A stretch of DNA of 58,485 nucleotides, counting the filler, from Basidiobolus ranarum (taxonomy: Eukaryota), in NCBI GenBank assembly GCA_040143965.1. It is 9 parts of 9 records of this genome, joined end to end, with 100 filler letters (N's around TTAATTAATTAA, not from the genome) between each part and the next. Parts side by side here need not be neighbours in the genome. Positions count along the whole stretch, not along the records: positions 13,057 to 19,470 come from JASJQH010001318.1; positions 19,571 to 25,979 come from JASJQH010001319.1; 7 more parts are not named here. The stretch is one strand, 5' to 3'. Positions 13,057 through 25,979 of the stretch are shown piece after piece. Made by a program: the position numbers and the translations under genes. The notes under the pieces were generated by a model that ran no database searches, was not told the DNA's origin, and worked only from the letters and a program-made list of their open reading frames with translations. Within the stretch, counting starts at the first letter, position 1. Each line of letters starts with the position of its first letter.

Positions 13057-13655
13057 GTGACCATATCCAATGATGCCAAGTGCTTTCCCTCTGATCTCGT
13101 AGCAGTTTGCCGAAACCTTACTCCAAATTCCTTGGTGCATTTCACGGTTACGATCACCGAACTGCCTAGCCAAGGCGATGATATTTCCAATCACCATCTC
13201 AGCAACACTGCGACTGTTACTGAATGGTGAATTGAATACGGCAATCCCTTGTTTAGTGGCTACTTCAAGGTCCACTTGATTAGTGCCAATGCAGAAGCAG
13301 CCAATAACCAAAAGTTTCTTGGCCTCTTTCAAAACTCTAGCACTAAGTTTGGTCTTGCTTCTAATACCTATAGCGCTAACATCACGGATCTTCTCGATCA
13401 GTAGATCCTCAGATAAGGCCTTGGCGTGATGTTCGACCTTCAGAAGGGAAAAAAGTATTAGTAAGAGATGATTGAAGCACCTCGAGTATTTTATGTATAT
13501 CTTACCTGGTATCCTTGCTTGGTAAGCATCTCAACAGCAGTTGTATTCACATTTTCGAGTAGTAAAATCTTGATGTCACCACTATTGAACGGCCTCAGTT
13601 GTTTGAATTGTGTGGTCTGATTTTGAAAATGTTGAGTCAAGTTGTCGTTAACCAT
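13057..13655 (-). CDS. SER3: D-3-phosphoglycerate dehydrogenase, N-terminal part (3' truncated by contig end); intron 13438-13505
   Basis: LRPFNSGDIKILLLENVN...IGIRSKTKL...IGCFCIGTNQVDL...FNSPFSNSRSVAE...GKALGIIGYGH are diagnostic of fungal Ser3/Ser33. The GTAAG...AG intron restores the frame. Confidence 0.95.
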
Positions 13656-15361
13656 ATTAGCGAAATAATAAATCGTAAAGGAAAAAGCGTGGTAGCGCTA
13701 AAAGCGAGGAATGGAGTTGAGATTTTGAACTAAGCGAAGAATAATTAAGCCGTACAAAAATGGACTCGGTATTTATTTAGCAGAGATATGAATTTGGGGG
13801 TCAGCCATTGGGCCATGAATATAGGTCAATATGAACAGATGAAATGAATATAGCGCTCTATTGAGGCAATATAATATATTTTTAAATATATTAGCAATAT
13901 AGTGCATATCTACTCTTGGGTACTAGTTATAATAGACACTGGCGATTAGTGACCTTGAATTCCATACGAGTAAATCCAAATCGTCCGATTCGCCATCACA
14001 AAATTACAATATTCAAGAGATAAGAATTGATCTAATATCACCACAGTAACACCAGGATGCTCTTCTAACGTGGCAATTGATAACGGACACAATTTTATTC
14101 TCGACCTGAATTTCAAGGGATGCACCCCATTTCTCGATGGTGTTCGTTTTTGGTGTCTCATTGAATGGCCTTAAGGAAATCAACACGTTGCTAGGAGAAA
14201 TATCTGCTTAAATGGAAATCCTCAAGAATTAACTTGTAATACATAACCAATCTATTTTACTGGCATTGGGGTCACCATCTTGAAAAGAACAGGTTGGTCC
14301 ATAGAGCCAATGATTCTGGTCAAGTGGAGCTTAATTCTAAATGTAGCGCACCTTTATCCATATGCTATGTTGGTCACTAGGGGGATCTTGGTCTGTTTGA
14401 ATGACTTGGCAGGGCTCACCTTTTGTTACATGCGTTCCATTACGTGATAGGGCAAAGAGTATTTATGTGTATTAATGTATACACCCCTTCCTCTTCTGTT
14501 GGCAATTTTCTATTCATCCGCCATGATATGTCTGTGTCATAAACTGGTAATGAAATCCATGCTATTGCACATGTTGCTAACGGTATTTCTTGCTGGTAGG
14601 TGGACATGCCATGAGCTAATTAGCTTTAGGGTTCGCAGTGGATGGACTTAGGAATATCACTGACTTCCCGAGCGCTTTTTGTCTCGATTCACACAAGATA
14701 GGAGGGACTTGATAACTTGCTTGTGCAGTATAAGCTAGTAGCTGTAATCAATGTTATCCATACATAGTCTTAAGAAGTCCTTAACGTGATCCAGAGTAAT
14801 CTCAAGACTATACATATAGATCTAGAGTGCACCACAAGATATCCAATCACGCTTGCAGCCTATCAAAATAAATGAAAGATAGCTCTTTGTCAAAGCACGG
14901 TAAGATATCAATTTTCATATGATTTCCCCTGGATGACAAGTATGAACATCCTAAGAGAATGGACCACGTTGACAATTGAGATGCAGATATTCTAAGCCTG
15001 TCTTGGCCCCTGTTCTGAGTGATCCCTAAGTTAGTCCAGATCTCCTACTGTGATAATAATCGGATCGCGGTTCCTCTATACTTAATCCATAGACTAGTGC
15101 CTGTTAGCTTTAATTAGGTAGATTTTGTTTAAGATTCTCGTAAACTCTGCTTCTAAAGATTCTCAATAATGGAAAGAGAAAATATACAGACAAAATCCAT
15201 TAACCAGAATGTAAAAAAATCTATACATATTGTGACCAGGAGAAGAGTAAAAGCCAGATAGCTAGTCAGTCAATCGGTTGGCTATCACAGCCTTGCATCC
15301 CAAATGAATAAACATTTCTTAGATGTTATCTAGTGTGCCGTTCTTAATATCTTTTCTTTGG

Positions 15362-17217
15362 TTATTGAATTTTACTTAAGATGCTGTTGGCTAGAAATTG
15401 GTCTCCAACCTTGTGTAAGAATGGCACTGCATCTCCACAGTTAAATTCATATCCGTCCCATTCTGATTCTACTGTCAGTTTAGTGTCAACATCGTCAACA
15501 GTGATGGTATTCAAACTGCCGCCATCACTTTTCTCTTCAGCGTAATCCAATCCGTTCAGTTGAATCAATTTTTCTGGAGATATAAATTTCCGTGGTTCTT
15601 CCTCTGAGCTATTGCCAACATCATTAATATCAGGAACAGCCAATGGCGCTTCATTCAGGTTGGATTGGTTTGCCGATATACTACTTATAAGAGCACACTT
15701 ATCTCCTTGCAGAGGACTAAAAGCTGAATAATTAGTATCGGGAGAGTTACTATTCGAGTGGCATTGTTTAGGCACATCAATGAAGTTACTAGAGTCAAGG
15801 TAGACTATTTCGGGCAGCAAATCATTTTCGTGTTGATTTTGCACTCTGGAGTCCAGTTCGGGGAGATTTGCCTTCTCGCAACCGTTTACTTGTGAGTTAT
15901 CATTTATAGGCAATTGTTGTGAATGGACATCCTTATTAGAGTTGAGGGGCAATTCTAAAAGAATATCGCTACTACAAAGAGCTTCAATATTCCTTTTTTT
16001 CTCTAATGCCAAAGTGCTTGGTTTACCCTGTAATTCTAAATTATATTCAAAAATATTTACAGAAGAGTGACACTTGTCAACTCCATTAAACTGGGATTGG
16101 CACTCATTGCTTACAATGAGCTCTGTTGTAGAAAGGTCTTCATGATCTCTTTTCCCATTCGAAATAATAAATGCCGTTGATTCACCAGAATTGTCAGTGA
16201 TTGAAGACAAAGGCTCACCCTCCATGTTGAGAACCAAGTCCGTGCGTGTTATAGGAGACTTCTCTATATTGTCTGTACCTACTGTAAATTGCACGCAACC
16301 TTTAGCTTCAAGGCTATCCTCTTTGATGGCCCATATTCGTTCAATTTCCAAGTGAGATTTGAGAGTATTTTCATGGCTTAAATACGTCGCTGATTCTTGC
16401 AACTGAGAGCCAATTTCATTACCAGTCTCCAAAAGTAATGATTCAGATTCTAAAGCTTCATTTGAGAATGCATTGGAATCCTGTAAAACTATCTCAGAAG
16501 CCTCATTAAATTGACCTAATTACACAACAGGAATTAAATTATGGGAAATTTAAAATTCATCGCAAACAAAAACCATACCTGGAGATATACTGCTAGATGG
16601 TGAGTTATCGTTTACTGAGTTGAAATCATCAAGGCTGTCTGGAGCGACTGGTTTGGAATCAACGGAAAAACCTCGAGTGGTTGGAAAGATCTCCTCAACC
16701 GTTTCGTCTATTGAAGAGCGTTCAATAGACAGAGCCTCAGTCACATCAACCTTTCTTCGAATATCTTCATCCCAAAGGCTGTCATGCTGACAGCTCCTTG
16801 TTTCCTCGACAGTATCTTCTAGATGAGATGGATTCGGAGTTGAGGATTCAATCAAGTCCTGGTCTAAATATGATAGGAATTCGTCAACTGTCTCCATCTT
16901 GTCCAAGTTTGTAGGAGCATGATCACCTTCAGACGTGAAATAGTCATTGAACTGTCCCACATCTTCAAATTGAGTGGTATCCAAATGAAGGCTCATGTGC
17001 TGATGGATGGCTTGCCCATTTTCTTTGACAAATATAGGAGTCAGCTCCCCAAATACAGGAAGCTCATACTCTATGCTCTCTTCCCACAACTGCAATCGGG
17101 TAAGGTATACACGAGAGACCAGCCAATGATGGAGTCCAAGGTCGGTCACGCCAATATCCAAAAGATCCGATGGCAACGCAATTTGGGATTTGACACCATC
17201 AACTTGCATTATTAACC
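15362..17217 (-). CDS. Last two exons (17217-16579, 16515-15362) of a large acidic, Ser/Asn-rich hypothetical protein; further exons likely upstream to ~18.2 kb
   Basis: The 63-nt GTATGG...TAG intron (16516-16578) joins the 248-aa and 356-aa ORFs in frame. A polypyrimidine CAG acceptor lies at 17218-17220. No family recognised. Confidence 0.7.
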
Positions 17218-19570
17218 TGGCGAGAAGAAAATAAATCAAGTAAAACACTACTGAGATTTTCAGAGGTATGTAGCTAGCGATTGAGATAAACAACAAAACT
17301 ATTATAACTCAAAAAGCAGACGAGGTAGTATCTGACTTAGGAAGACGCTTATTTCGAACCAACACCAAGAAAGGCCCGATTTGAGCGAGTTAATGCTCAA
17401 CCTTTTGTAGAATACTTCTCGAAAGACTGTGTTTACCGTGTACACATGTAAACATCCGAAATGTACGGTCTAACCCGAGTTTGGTTGAAAATATCAGATT
17501 CTCAAGTTTCTCGATCAAAATGGAATTTCTATTATTTATACACAAATGGTAAGAATAGAAAAGAGTGGCAGTCAATAAATAAGTTTAGCTAAGCAGATAT
17601 AAGCATGTCTTTTTAAGGCATTGCCTGGAAATTCTTAACATGATAATGCCTACATAGGATTTGACATAGTTCAGTAGCTAGTGACCCTCTTCTTTTAGTC
17701 TTGATACATTTGCAAGAAGGATTCTCAAGCAACAAATGAATCTGGATCTATTCGAGTGTTTGAGCAACTCACCAGGCAATAATTAATTGGCCCAAGATCG
17801 CAAATGCCTGTTGAAGCCACGAATACACAGGAAGTAATCAAGTCTTCAGCAGGATCGAAGCCTGATACTCAACACGCAATTTATACATGCTCTATGCTCT
17901 ACAATCAACCCTTTCTTTTTAGTTGAATCGGTTCTAAATTATCTAGATCTAAACCAGAAAATGAAGGGGCGTCAAACACAAAGAGTCTCGTCCTAAATAG
18001 AGGGATGTATATTTTCTATGTCTCTATGTGCCACTCAATTTGTCTGTGAATGTTGAGAAATCTCCTTACCACAGTAGAATTCCAAACATGCAGTATTTCT
18101 CAGCTGGTCTGGGCGAGAAGTTCATTCTTTGGGAGGCAAGCTATATCCAACATTAATTACTGCGTGTTTGTTACTACCTACACTTCAATCAAATCTGGTC
18201 ATTACAAACACATATGCATGGAGTGTTCCGCATTTGGTTATGTTGGTTTATAATCGAAATGCGTCTACTTTTAGCAAACGATCTTTTCGTCGTAGCTGAG
18301 CGTCAACACGAATGTTTTATAATCCAATTTGCGAGCCTACTTAATGCACAAACGGGCGAACGTGATCAGCATTCACGTGACTAGTGACATGTTGCTACCA
18401 ATCCTCTTTCATGAATTACTCATGTTAAACCAAATTCTTGTAGGGTTTGGAACTGAGCTTGTGCATAAATGCTGACTTTAGGAGGCCTCTTTCAAAATAT
18501 CGTCATACCAACTGCCACCTCACATTCAGTTAACTGAGGCGATGTGATGATCTATCATGAAAATCTGGAACGTTGGATAAACAAATGCTCAATCCGAGTG
18601 TTGATTGGCTTCCCAGGGTACAAGAATTTTGGATACATCGGCCTGCTTCTACCAGTTACCGCTTAGTCCAATCAGGGTGAGCCTTCCGAATATTTCTCCT
18701 AATGATAGATTCCTAATCGAGCAATATATCACCAAATTCTATTTGTATAACTCCTGTTAAATTCATTCTTATTCTTCTGCTTTCTGCCATATGAAGCCTG
18801 ACCTCGGCTAATGTAATGTTACTGTGCATTAGAGCCGGTTGGCTTCTAGTACCATGGGGTTGCTTGCAGAGATCATACAATCCTCGCTTTCCTTAAGAAT
18901 ACTATTACCATAGAAGACATGAATAGATTCTCTAACTATTCTGCTTTCAATTAACCGTCACATTCAGTAATGTTTGTATATACTCCAGTCGTAACCCGCC
19001 TTGCACAACAGGTCGCTTACATGTGCCCATTAATTGATCTTCCTGGATGCTGCTTGCTCCCACTTCTCCCCACCTGAATTTACCTGGTGCAATCATGACC
19101 ATATCCGCCTGAAATAAGACAAACAATGTCAATTATACTTAAAATACGCTGGTCCTGCACATTCCTTCTCAGATCGTCTGGCATAGGATGTCACATTCAT
19201 ATTGGTCTCAGGCATGTGTTTTACAGAGACATTAGTGAGAATATCATCTGATTCGCCTGGCTTTTGATGAAAGGAGGTCACCCTCATATACCATCTTTAA
19301 GTCATTGTTGGCTTCATCAGAGTAGATAACCATATGCAAGCCATCAAAGTTGCAGAATGCTAACTAAGCTAGCAGGAAGGTGCACATCGGTCATCTGCAC
19401 AACACAATAGATGTTGCTTTACGGTTCACTTTAGCGTTGGGAATCTCGAACAATCACAGTAATGCATATCNNNNNNNNNNNNNNNNNNNNNNNNNNNNNN
19501 NNNNNNNNNNNNNNTTAATTAATTAANNNNNNNNNNNNNNNNNNNNNNNNNNNNNNNNNNNNNNNNNNNN

Positions 19571-21172
19571 AAACTAGCTCAAGTAATGATGAAGCATTAA
19601 TCAATTTACCAGATATGTTTCATTCCAGCAATAGTGCAAGTGAAGAGATTGTCATCCCTCAATTACTTAGTAAGTCAATAGTTGGGCAAAGTTCAACAGA
19701 AACACTATCAAGACCATCAGCCTGCAAAATGCCCACTTTGCCAACTATAGAACAACTCTCTGAGAAAATTTGGATAGAATTATTACAACAAGGGAATTGC
19801 AGGCAATTCACCATGGTGATTTGTATACAATCATGAGTCAAAACTACAAAATTGCTATACAGGCCATGACAAGCAATAACACTGCAATATTGCAACTAAT
19901 GCAGCAATCTGAAGCAACTAGTCATCAGTCAGAGAGTCACTCAACAATGATACCAGACCTTTAAAATGCTGTACTTGAGCTACAGCAACATGCTACTCCC
20001 TCTGTCAATTCTCATATGGGATTTCAATCAATCCTTCACCATAAATATGAGCTTCACCTTGACAATCTAGCAGAGCAGAATATATGTTGGACCATTAAGC
20101 AAACACATAAACCTAAAATTACTTGGGCACATTAAACTAGAAATCTCCTAGGAAAACTGGCAAACCAGAAGACTCTAAATGTCAGAGCTGCCATTACTTG
20201 CTCTGATTATGAGTGGTTTAACATCTTGGAAACTGTGTGGAATCTTGCCCAAAATCACCGTGATTTGAGCCAATCATGGAAAAACTAAAAACTAGGCATT
20301 ACTCTGAAGGTTTTTGACTCATTTCATGTGGCCTATCCTGAGTTTTTGCATGCAAATGGCAATTGGGCCAGTATAGGCCTATTCATAAGACATCTGAAAA
20401 ATGTATGTAGTTATTGACTTGCAAAAGAAGGAAATGCAGCTAAAGAAGTACTCAACGAGCAGGTAGTTATTAAACCCAAGGGAAGAGTAAAAGAGCAGGT
20501 GAGTTTGGGCTCAGCTGTCCCACTTACCAAATTCTTCACACAATTACAAAGATCTTAATTTCCAGAGTCAGCTATAATGGCAAATAAGCTTAACTTCACC
20601 ATGGAACCAGGTACACCAGTTGGAAGAGTGCTAAATTTGGAAGTTTATCCAACACCTGGCACCTCTCAACAAGCCAAAAACCAGCAACAAAACTCATGGC
20701 TCACCAACCTCAACTGGTACTTTTGAAAGTGTTGAAATTGGTCAAAAACTTAAAGGCAAGCAAAACACCACACAAACACCACAAAGTACCCTGAGCAGTA
20801 TCACACTATAAGGATGTATAAAAATAGTAAAAGTGCTTGAGGAGTATTTCAAAAGAGCTCTATAAAATTATTCAGGAGAATATATCAAAGAAACTAGGGA
20901 CTTCCAAGATGAGAAATTGGCATTCAAGTGTTAAATGTGTAAAATATGAGTTATGTTTTTTGAACATTTGTTGATCTATATTTCTCTGAGATTGTAGACA
21001 ATCTTGTGCAACTATTTTGCAAGCTCTTGAAATTTGACTCCTGAAACTGAATAGATTGAGTAGAATCAAATCTGACTTGACAATTTTATGATGGAAAGTC
21101 AATAGTCAATCCAAAATGGATTAAAATTGTGATGGTTTTCCTATCATAACAATAATCAAATTTCTGTTAGGG
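19571..21172 (+). mobile_element. CCCTA-terminated DNA transposon family: decayed second-gene region plus terminus (...TTTCTGTTAGGG)
   Basis: Homologous to 21173-22500, 33150-34893, 52089-54292 and 58058-58485. Homology stops sharply after CTGTTAGGG in four copies. Confidence 0.75.
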
Positions 21173-22500
21173 CAAGCAGTATTCAAAATCTGAATCAAAT
21201 TTGGCTTTGAAGTAAAAGCTTGCTGGCACAAAAGCAAAAAAATAGCACAAACAGAGGACTTGATTGATGAGGAGTATGGTAATTGATTATCCACTTTTAA
21301 AGGCATTAACATGGCAGAAACTAACTCAAGTGATGATGAAACATTAATCTAATTACCAGGTGTGTTCCTATCCAGCAATATTTCAAGTGAAGGTATTATA
21401 CTCCCTCAATTATGTAGTAAATTAATAGTTAAGCCAAGTTCAACAGAAACATCAACAAGACCATCAACTTCCAAAATGGCTACTTTGCCAGCTATTGGAC
21501 ACCCCTCTGTAGACAGTTTGGATAGAATTATTGTAACAAGGGATTCTCAGGCCAAACACAATCATGATTTGTATGCACTCATAAGTAAAAACTACAAAGT
21601 TGTTGTCTTGGCCATGGCAAGCAATAATGCCACAATATTGCAGTTAGTGTGGCATTCTGAAGCAACTAGTTAACAGTCCAAGAGTTACTCAACAATACAT
21701 GACCTTAAGGATGCTGTGCTTCAGCTACAGAAACATGCTGCTTCATCCATCCATTGTCATATGGGACTTCAATCCCACACCATACAAATGAACATAAACC
21801 ATGACAATCTAGCAGAGCAGAGTATGTGTTGGACTATTAAGCCTACACAACAACCCAAAATTGCTTGAGCCAAATGTATCAAAGACCAAGAACCATATGC
21901 TACTCTGAAGGTTTTTGATTTATTTCATTTGGCTTATCCTGGGCTTTTTGCAAGCCAATGGCAATTAGGCTAGTATAGGCCTATTTATGATTTATCTCAA
22001 AATAGTAAACAATTATTAACTTAGAAAAGAAAGAAAAGCAGCTAAAGAGTTACTCAAGGGGCAGAAAGTTAGTAAACAGAGGGGAAAAGCAAAGGAGCCA
22101 ATGAGTTTAAGCTCTACTGTCCCACTTACAAAATACTTCATATCATTACAAAGATCTGTATATCCAGGGTCAGATATACCAGCAGATAAACTGGTAAAAA
22201 GGCTTAATTTTACCATGGAACCCAGTACACCACTTGGAAGAGAGCTAAATTTAGAAGTTTACCAGAATACTGGCACCTTCCAACAAGCCAAAACAGCAGC
22301 AAATAAAACTCATGGCACTTCAATCTCATCTGGTACTTTTCATAGTGTTGATGTTAGCCCAAAGCTTAAAGGCAATCAAAAAGCCACACAAACACTACCA
22401 AGCACCCTCAGTAGTGGCACACTATGAGGATATGTAGACTAAATCAAAGTATTTGATAAGTATTGTAAAAAGTATGAAGGGAAAAACACAGTGCTGCAAT
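21173..22500 (+). mobile_element. Second decayed copy of the same CCCTA-family gene region
   Basis: Repeats ETNSSDDETLI.LPGVFLSSN... and NFTMEPSTPLGRELNLEVY seen in the first copy; end coordinate approximate. Confidence 0.75.
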
Positions 22501-22876
22501 GGGGTAGCATTGCCAAGCACTGTCAGGTTGACCTATTTTCACTTACAGCTCATATCATTACTATTGTGCAAATTCTATTTCATTAGCCATATCTAACTTA
22601 CACATATATTCTAGCTATTCTTATAACCCTTGCATACTACAAGCCTGGAGCCTTATGAAAGGACACTTGCTTGAAAACTATGGCACAACCCTGCCATTCC
22701 TACTCAATTTATGACTTGAAGGACTTTGCTAAAACCAGCTTCTCAAAGATGCCTACCAAGCAATTTATCCAAGAACTCAAAAATAATGGAGCACTTTTCA
22801 TCCAACAAGGTGTTTTCACTGAGGTTACCCTTACTATTTACCTATTAAATGCCATACCTCAACACCTACTGGAACA

Positions 22877-24903
22877 TAGGAGTGATAATGGTGGAGAATG
22901 CAGCTCTAAAAGACTCTGTTAGTTTTTGTTCTAAATGTTAAGCAACAACTTACTGTACCTTATATTCTACATGAAATGGAGTTGCAGAGTGTGCTAATAG
23001 GATTATAGTGAAGATGGCAAGATCAATGTTACATGATCAAAATTTATGTTACCAATATTGTGCTGAATCTGTCTCCACTGCAGAGTGTGTCAAAAACAGA
23101 TGCTCACAAGATTGGTATGTGATTCTACTCTATTTGAAGCCCCATATAAATCACAACTAACTCTGGTACATCTTAGGATCTTTGCTTGCATAGCATATTG
23201 CCTAATTCCAGCTACAAACCTCTAAATTGTAACGCAAAAGCAGAAAATGCATATTTCTTGGCTACTGTGACGGATCTAGGCCTACCAACTGTTTGATATT
23301 GGAATTCAAATGTCAATCAAGTGCTGAGATGTAATTTTTGATAAACAAGCAGAGTCTTTACCTCAAATCACAGTTTGTGATCCAGAAACACATGCAACAC
23401 AACTCAGTAAGTGTTTGACAAGATTCCAGTGGTATATGAGCTCTATTTGACCAAAATTCCATTTCCAGTTACATCAAAGGATGATTCAGGACCTACAAGC
23501 TCCCCCAGAAGGAGAAATAAGCCAGGGAACTGGTGGAACACTTCCAACAAAGATGTCAATGCTTATGCAGTAATCTGTGACAAGCCACAGACTCTAGATC
23601 AAGCTCTGGAGTGTCCAGATTCAAAACGCCGGTAAAAGGAATGTGTGATGTGTCTTGTACACTTCAGGACAATATAACATGTATATTAAGTCCTGTACCA
23701 TCAGGAAGAAAGCCAATAGGTTGCAAATAGGTCTACAAAGTCAAAAACCAAGCTGATGGAATCATAGAAAGGTACAGGGCAAGATTAGTTGCAAATGATT
23801 ATTCCCAGATTGTAGGAGTTTACTTCAATCAAACATTTGATACAGTAGCTAGTTTTAGCTCCATTAGCTCAATCATGGTACTCTTGGCTATCAATAACAT
23901 TGATTTACATCAAATGTATGTAAAACATCCTTGCAGAATGGAAATACAGAAGAGGAGTTGTAATTGAAGCAAACAGATGGAGTTATTGGCCTTAAACACC
24001 CTTATATAGTCTATAAACTGCATTATTTGCTATGTGGACTGAAGCAAGTACCCAGTGCATGGTACAACCAGATTGGCACCTTTTCAGAGTCACCAAAATT
24101 CTAAAAATGCACCACAGAACACAGTATTTATATCAAAACAACTAGAAATAGGATCATCATCACCAATGGATCCCAATGTAAAATTAGTTACAATTTCATC
24201 CAATTTGGCACAAAATAACTCAAATCAAAGCCAGGAGTTCCCTTATCAATCTATGGTAGGTAGATCAATGAATACAATGGTTGGAACACATCCATATACT
24301 GCTGTGGCAGTGGGAACTGTCAGTCAGTATTTCAAAATTCATGCTCTGAGCACAAAACTGCGTTAAAACATATATATTCAGGTAGCTGAGAGGAACTGTA
24401 GAGTTAGATCTGGAATACTTTACCACTCCTGATGCACAAACTTGTGAAGTTAACAGTGATGCAGACTGGGGAAGAAACCTTGAAGGTAGAAGATCAATGC
24501 CTATGTACACTTTTCTCTATGATAATGGAACCATAACTTGGATTAGTAAGAAGCTACTAACCTTACCTTTTTCCACAACAGAAGCAGGGTATAAGTCATT
24601 CTCTGCTACTACACAGGAAGCTACATGGTAAAGGAAGCTATTTATAGACTTAGGATACATGCAAATATGTGCTATTCAGTATTGGAAGATACTCAAAGCT
24701 GTATTACATTAGCTAAAAACCCTACATTTTATGCTAGAATAAAACATTTAGATATTAGGCATTATATTATTAGAGAAGCATTAGAGAATGATATAATTGA
24801 GCTTGTCTATTGCCCAACTGAAGATATGATTACTGACATCTTAACCAAACTTTCAGCTAAAGCACAATTTGAATTATTGAGATATAAGTTAGGTTGGGTT
24901 TAG
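22877..24903 (+). mobile_element. Ty1/Copia pol pseudogene (integrase-RT-RNase H)
   Basis: RSDNGGE, NGVAECANR, RKPIGCK.VYKVK...RYRARLVA, GLKQ, SDADWG, STTEAGY, KHLDIRHY and MITDILTK occur in Copia domain order; many stops and frameshifts. Confidence 0.93.
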
Positions 24904-24922
24904 TCTCAGCATATGCATATAT

Positions 24923-25269
24923 TGCTGAAATTAGCATTGCCTAAACACTTATATGGTCATATATAGCTTAGTACTTAGTTATCTTATAGTTTACCAAGAT
25001 ATTACTAATTATTCTCCATTGGAATTTACTTGGAATATCCTACCAACTTGGAAGTTCTCAGATATATAGACTTTTCAAACTTGTACTAGAAGCCCAAAAC
25101 TTTGCAAATATGCTCCTGGGACCTTCTTTAGCATATTCCACATGTTAGCTTGTATACATCCTGATAAAACTATACATGTTAATTTTCTACTCAATATATC
25201 AACAAGTGAAGACCACAAGTTTCTCTACTTTTCTAAGCAACTTCCATCAGGCTCCCAAATACTTTAATA
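24923..25269 (+). mobile_element. Copia LTR family A, full length 347 bp, followed by a degenerate PBS (GGTTACAAGC, 25270-25279)
   Basis: TGCTGAAATTAG...ACTTTAATA (consensus TGTTGAAA...AACA). Same 347-bp length as the 56033-56666 copy once its insert is removed. Confidence 0.85.
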
Positions 25270-25300
25270 GGTTACAAGCACCAAGCTTTAACTCTCTGCA

Positions 25301-25979
25301 ATGTCTACTTCTCAAAGTTATGAAACTTTTCCCTCTTCTGAAAAATTGCATGGAACTGATTATCAAGTTTCAAGAATTAAATAAAAATGCTGCTACAAGA
25401 AAAAGGACTTTAGGACACTGTTGTAGGAGAAGAAAATAATGCAGAACTCTCTGAAACCAAAGCTTTACTCCAGATTAAAAAAGAACAAAGTGCCTTTAAC
25501 ACAATTTATCTTAATGATAAAGACTAATTTCTAATGCAATGTTCAAGAGCTAAAATTGCCAAGAAGGTATTGTAAGCCTTGGAAGAAACCTACCAAACAA
25601 GTTCTGCTACCAACAAGATGTTTCTTAGAAGATAATTCTCTAACTTATAGATGAAGCCAGAAAAGGCATCAAATCACTAATGATTACAGTCACTATTTTA
25701 GTGGATGAAATCAAATGCATTGGAGTACCTACTACTAATCAAGATATCATAGTTACAGTCCTGAATAGACTGCCCCACAAGTTTCAGAGCCTAGTAATGG
25801 CTCCAGAATCAAGAACTGCAAATTTGACCTGAAATTATATATTTGGCAGATTTCTGGATGCAGATTTAGGGAAAATAGGATCCAATTAAAAGACTGAAAA
25901 AAGTGCTTTATTAGGCTATGGGAAGCCTTGCTATAAAGGTCAAACGCACTTTAAGAAGAAAGGTATGCCAATCTGAGAG
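25301..25979 (+). mobile_element. Copia gag pseudogene
   Basis: MSTSQSYETFPSSEKLHGTDYQV... is homologous to EKLEGTNHQVWKIKMKMLVQEKELW at 55574-56001 (Copia gag N-terminal motif); TVLNRLPHKFQSLV further on. Confidence 0.85.

Noticed and set aside
20872-21102. Conserved small ORF also seen at 58115-58357
   Set aside because: Antisense shadow of the transposon terminal region; the similarity reflects repeat homology, and the likelier coding frame is on the other strand.
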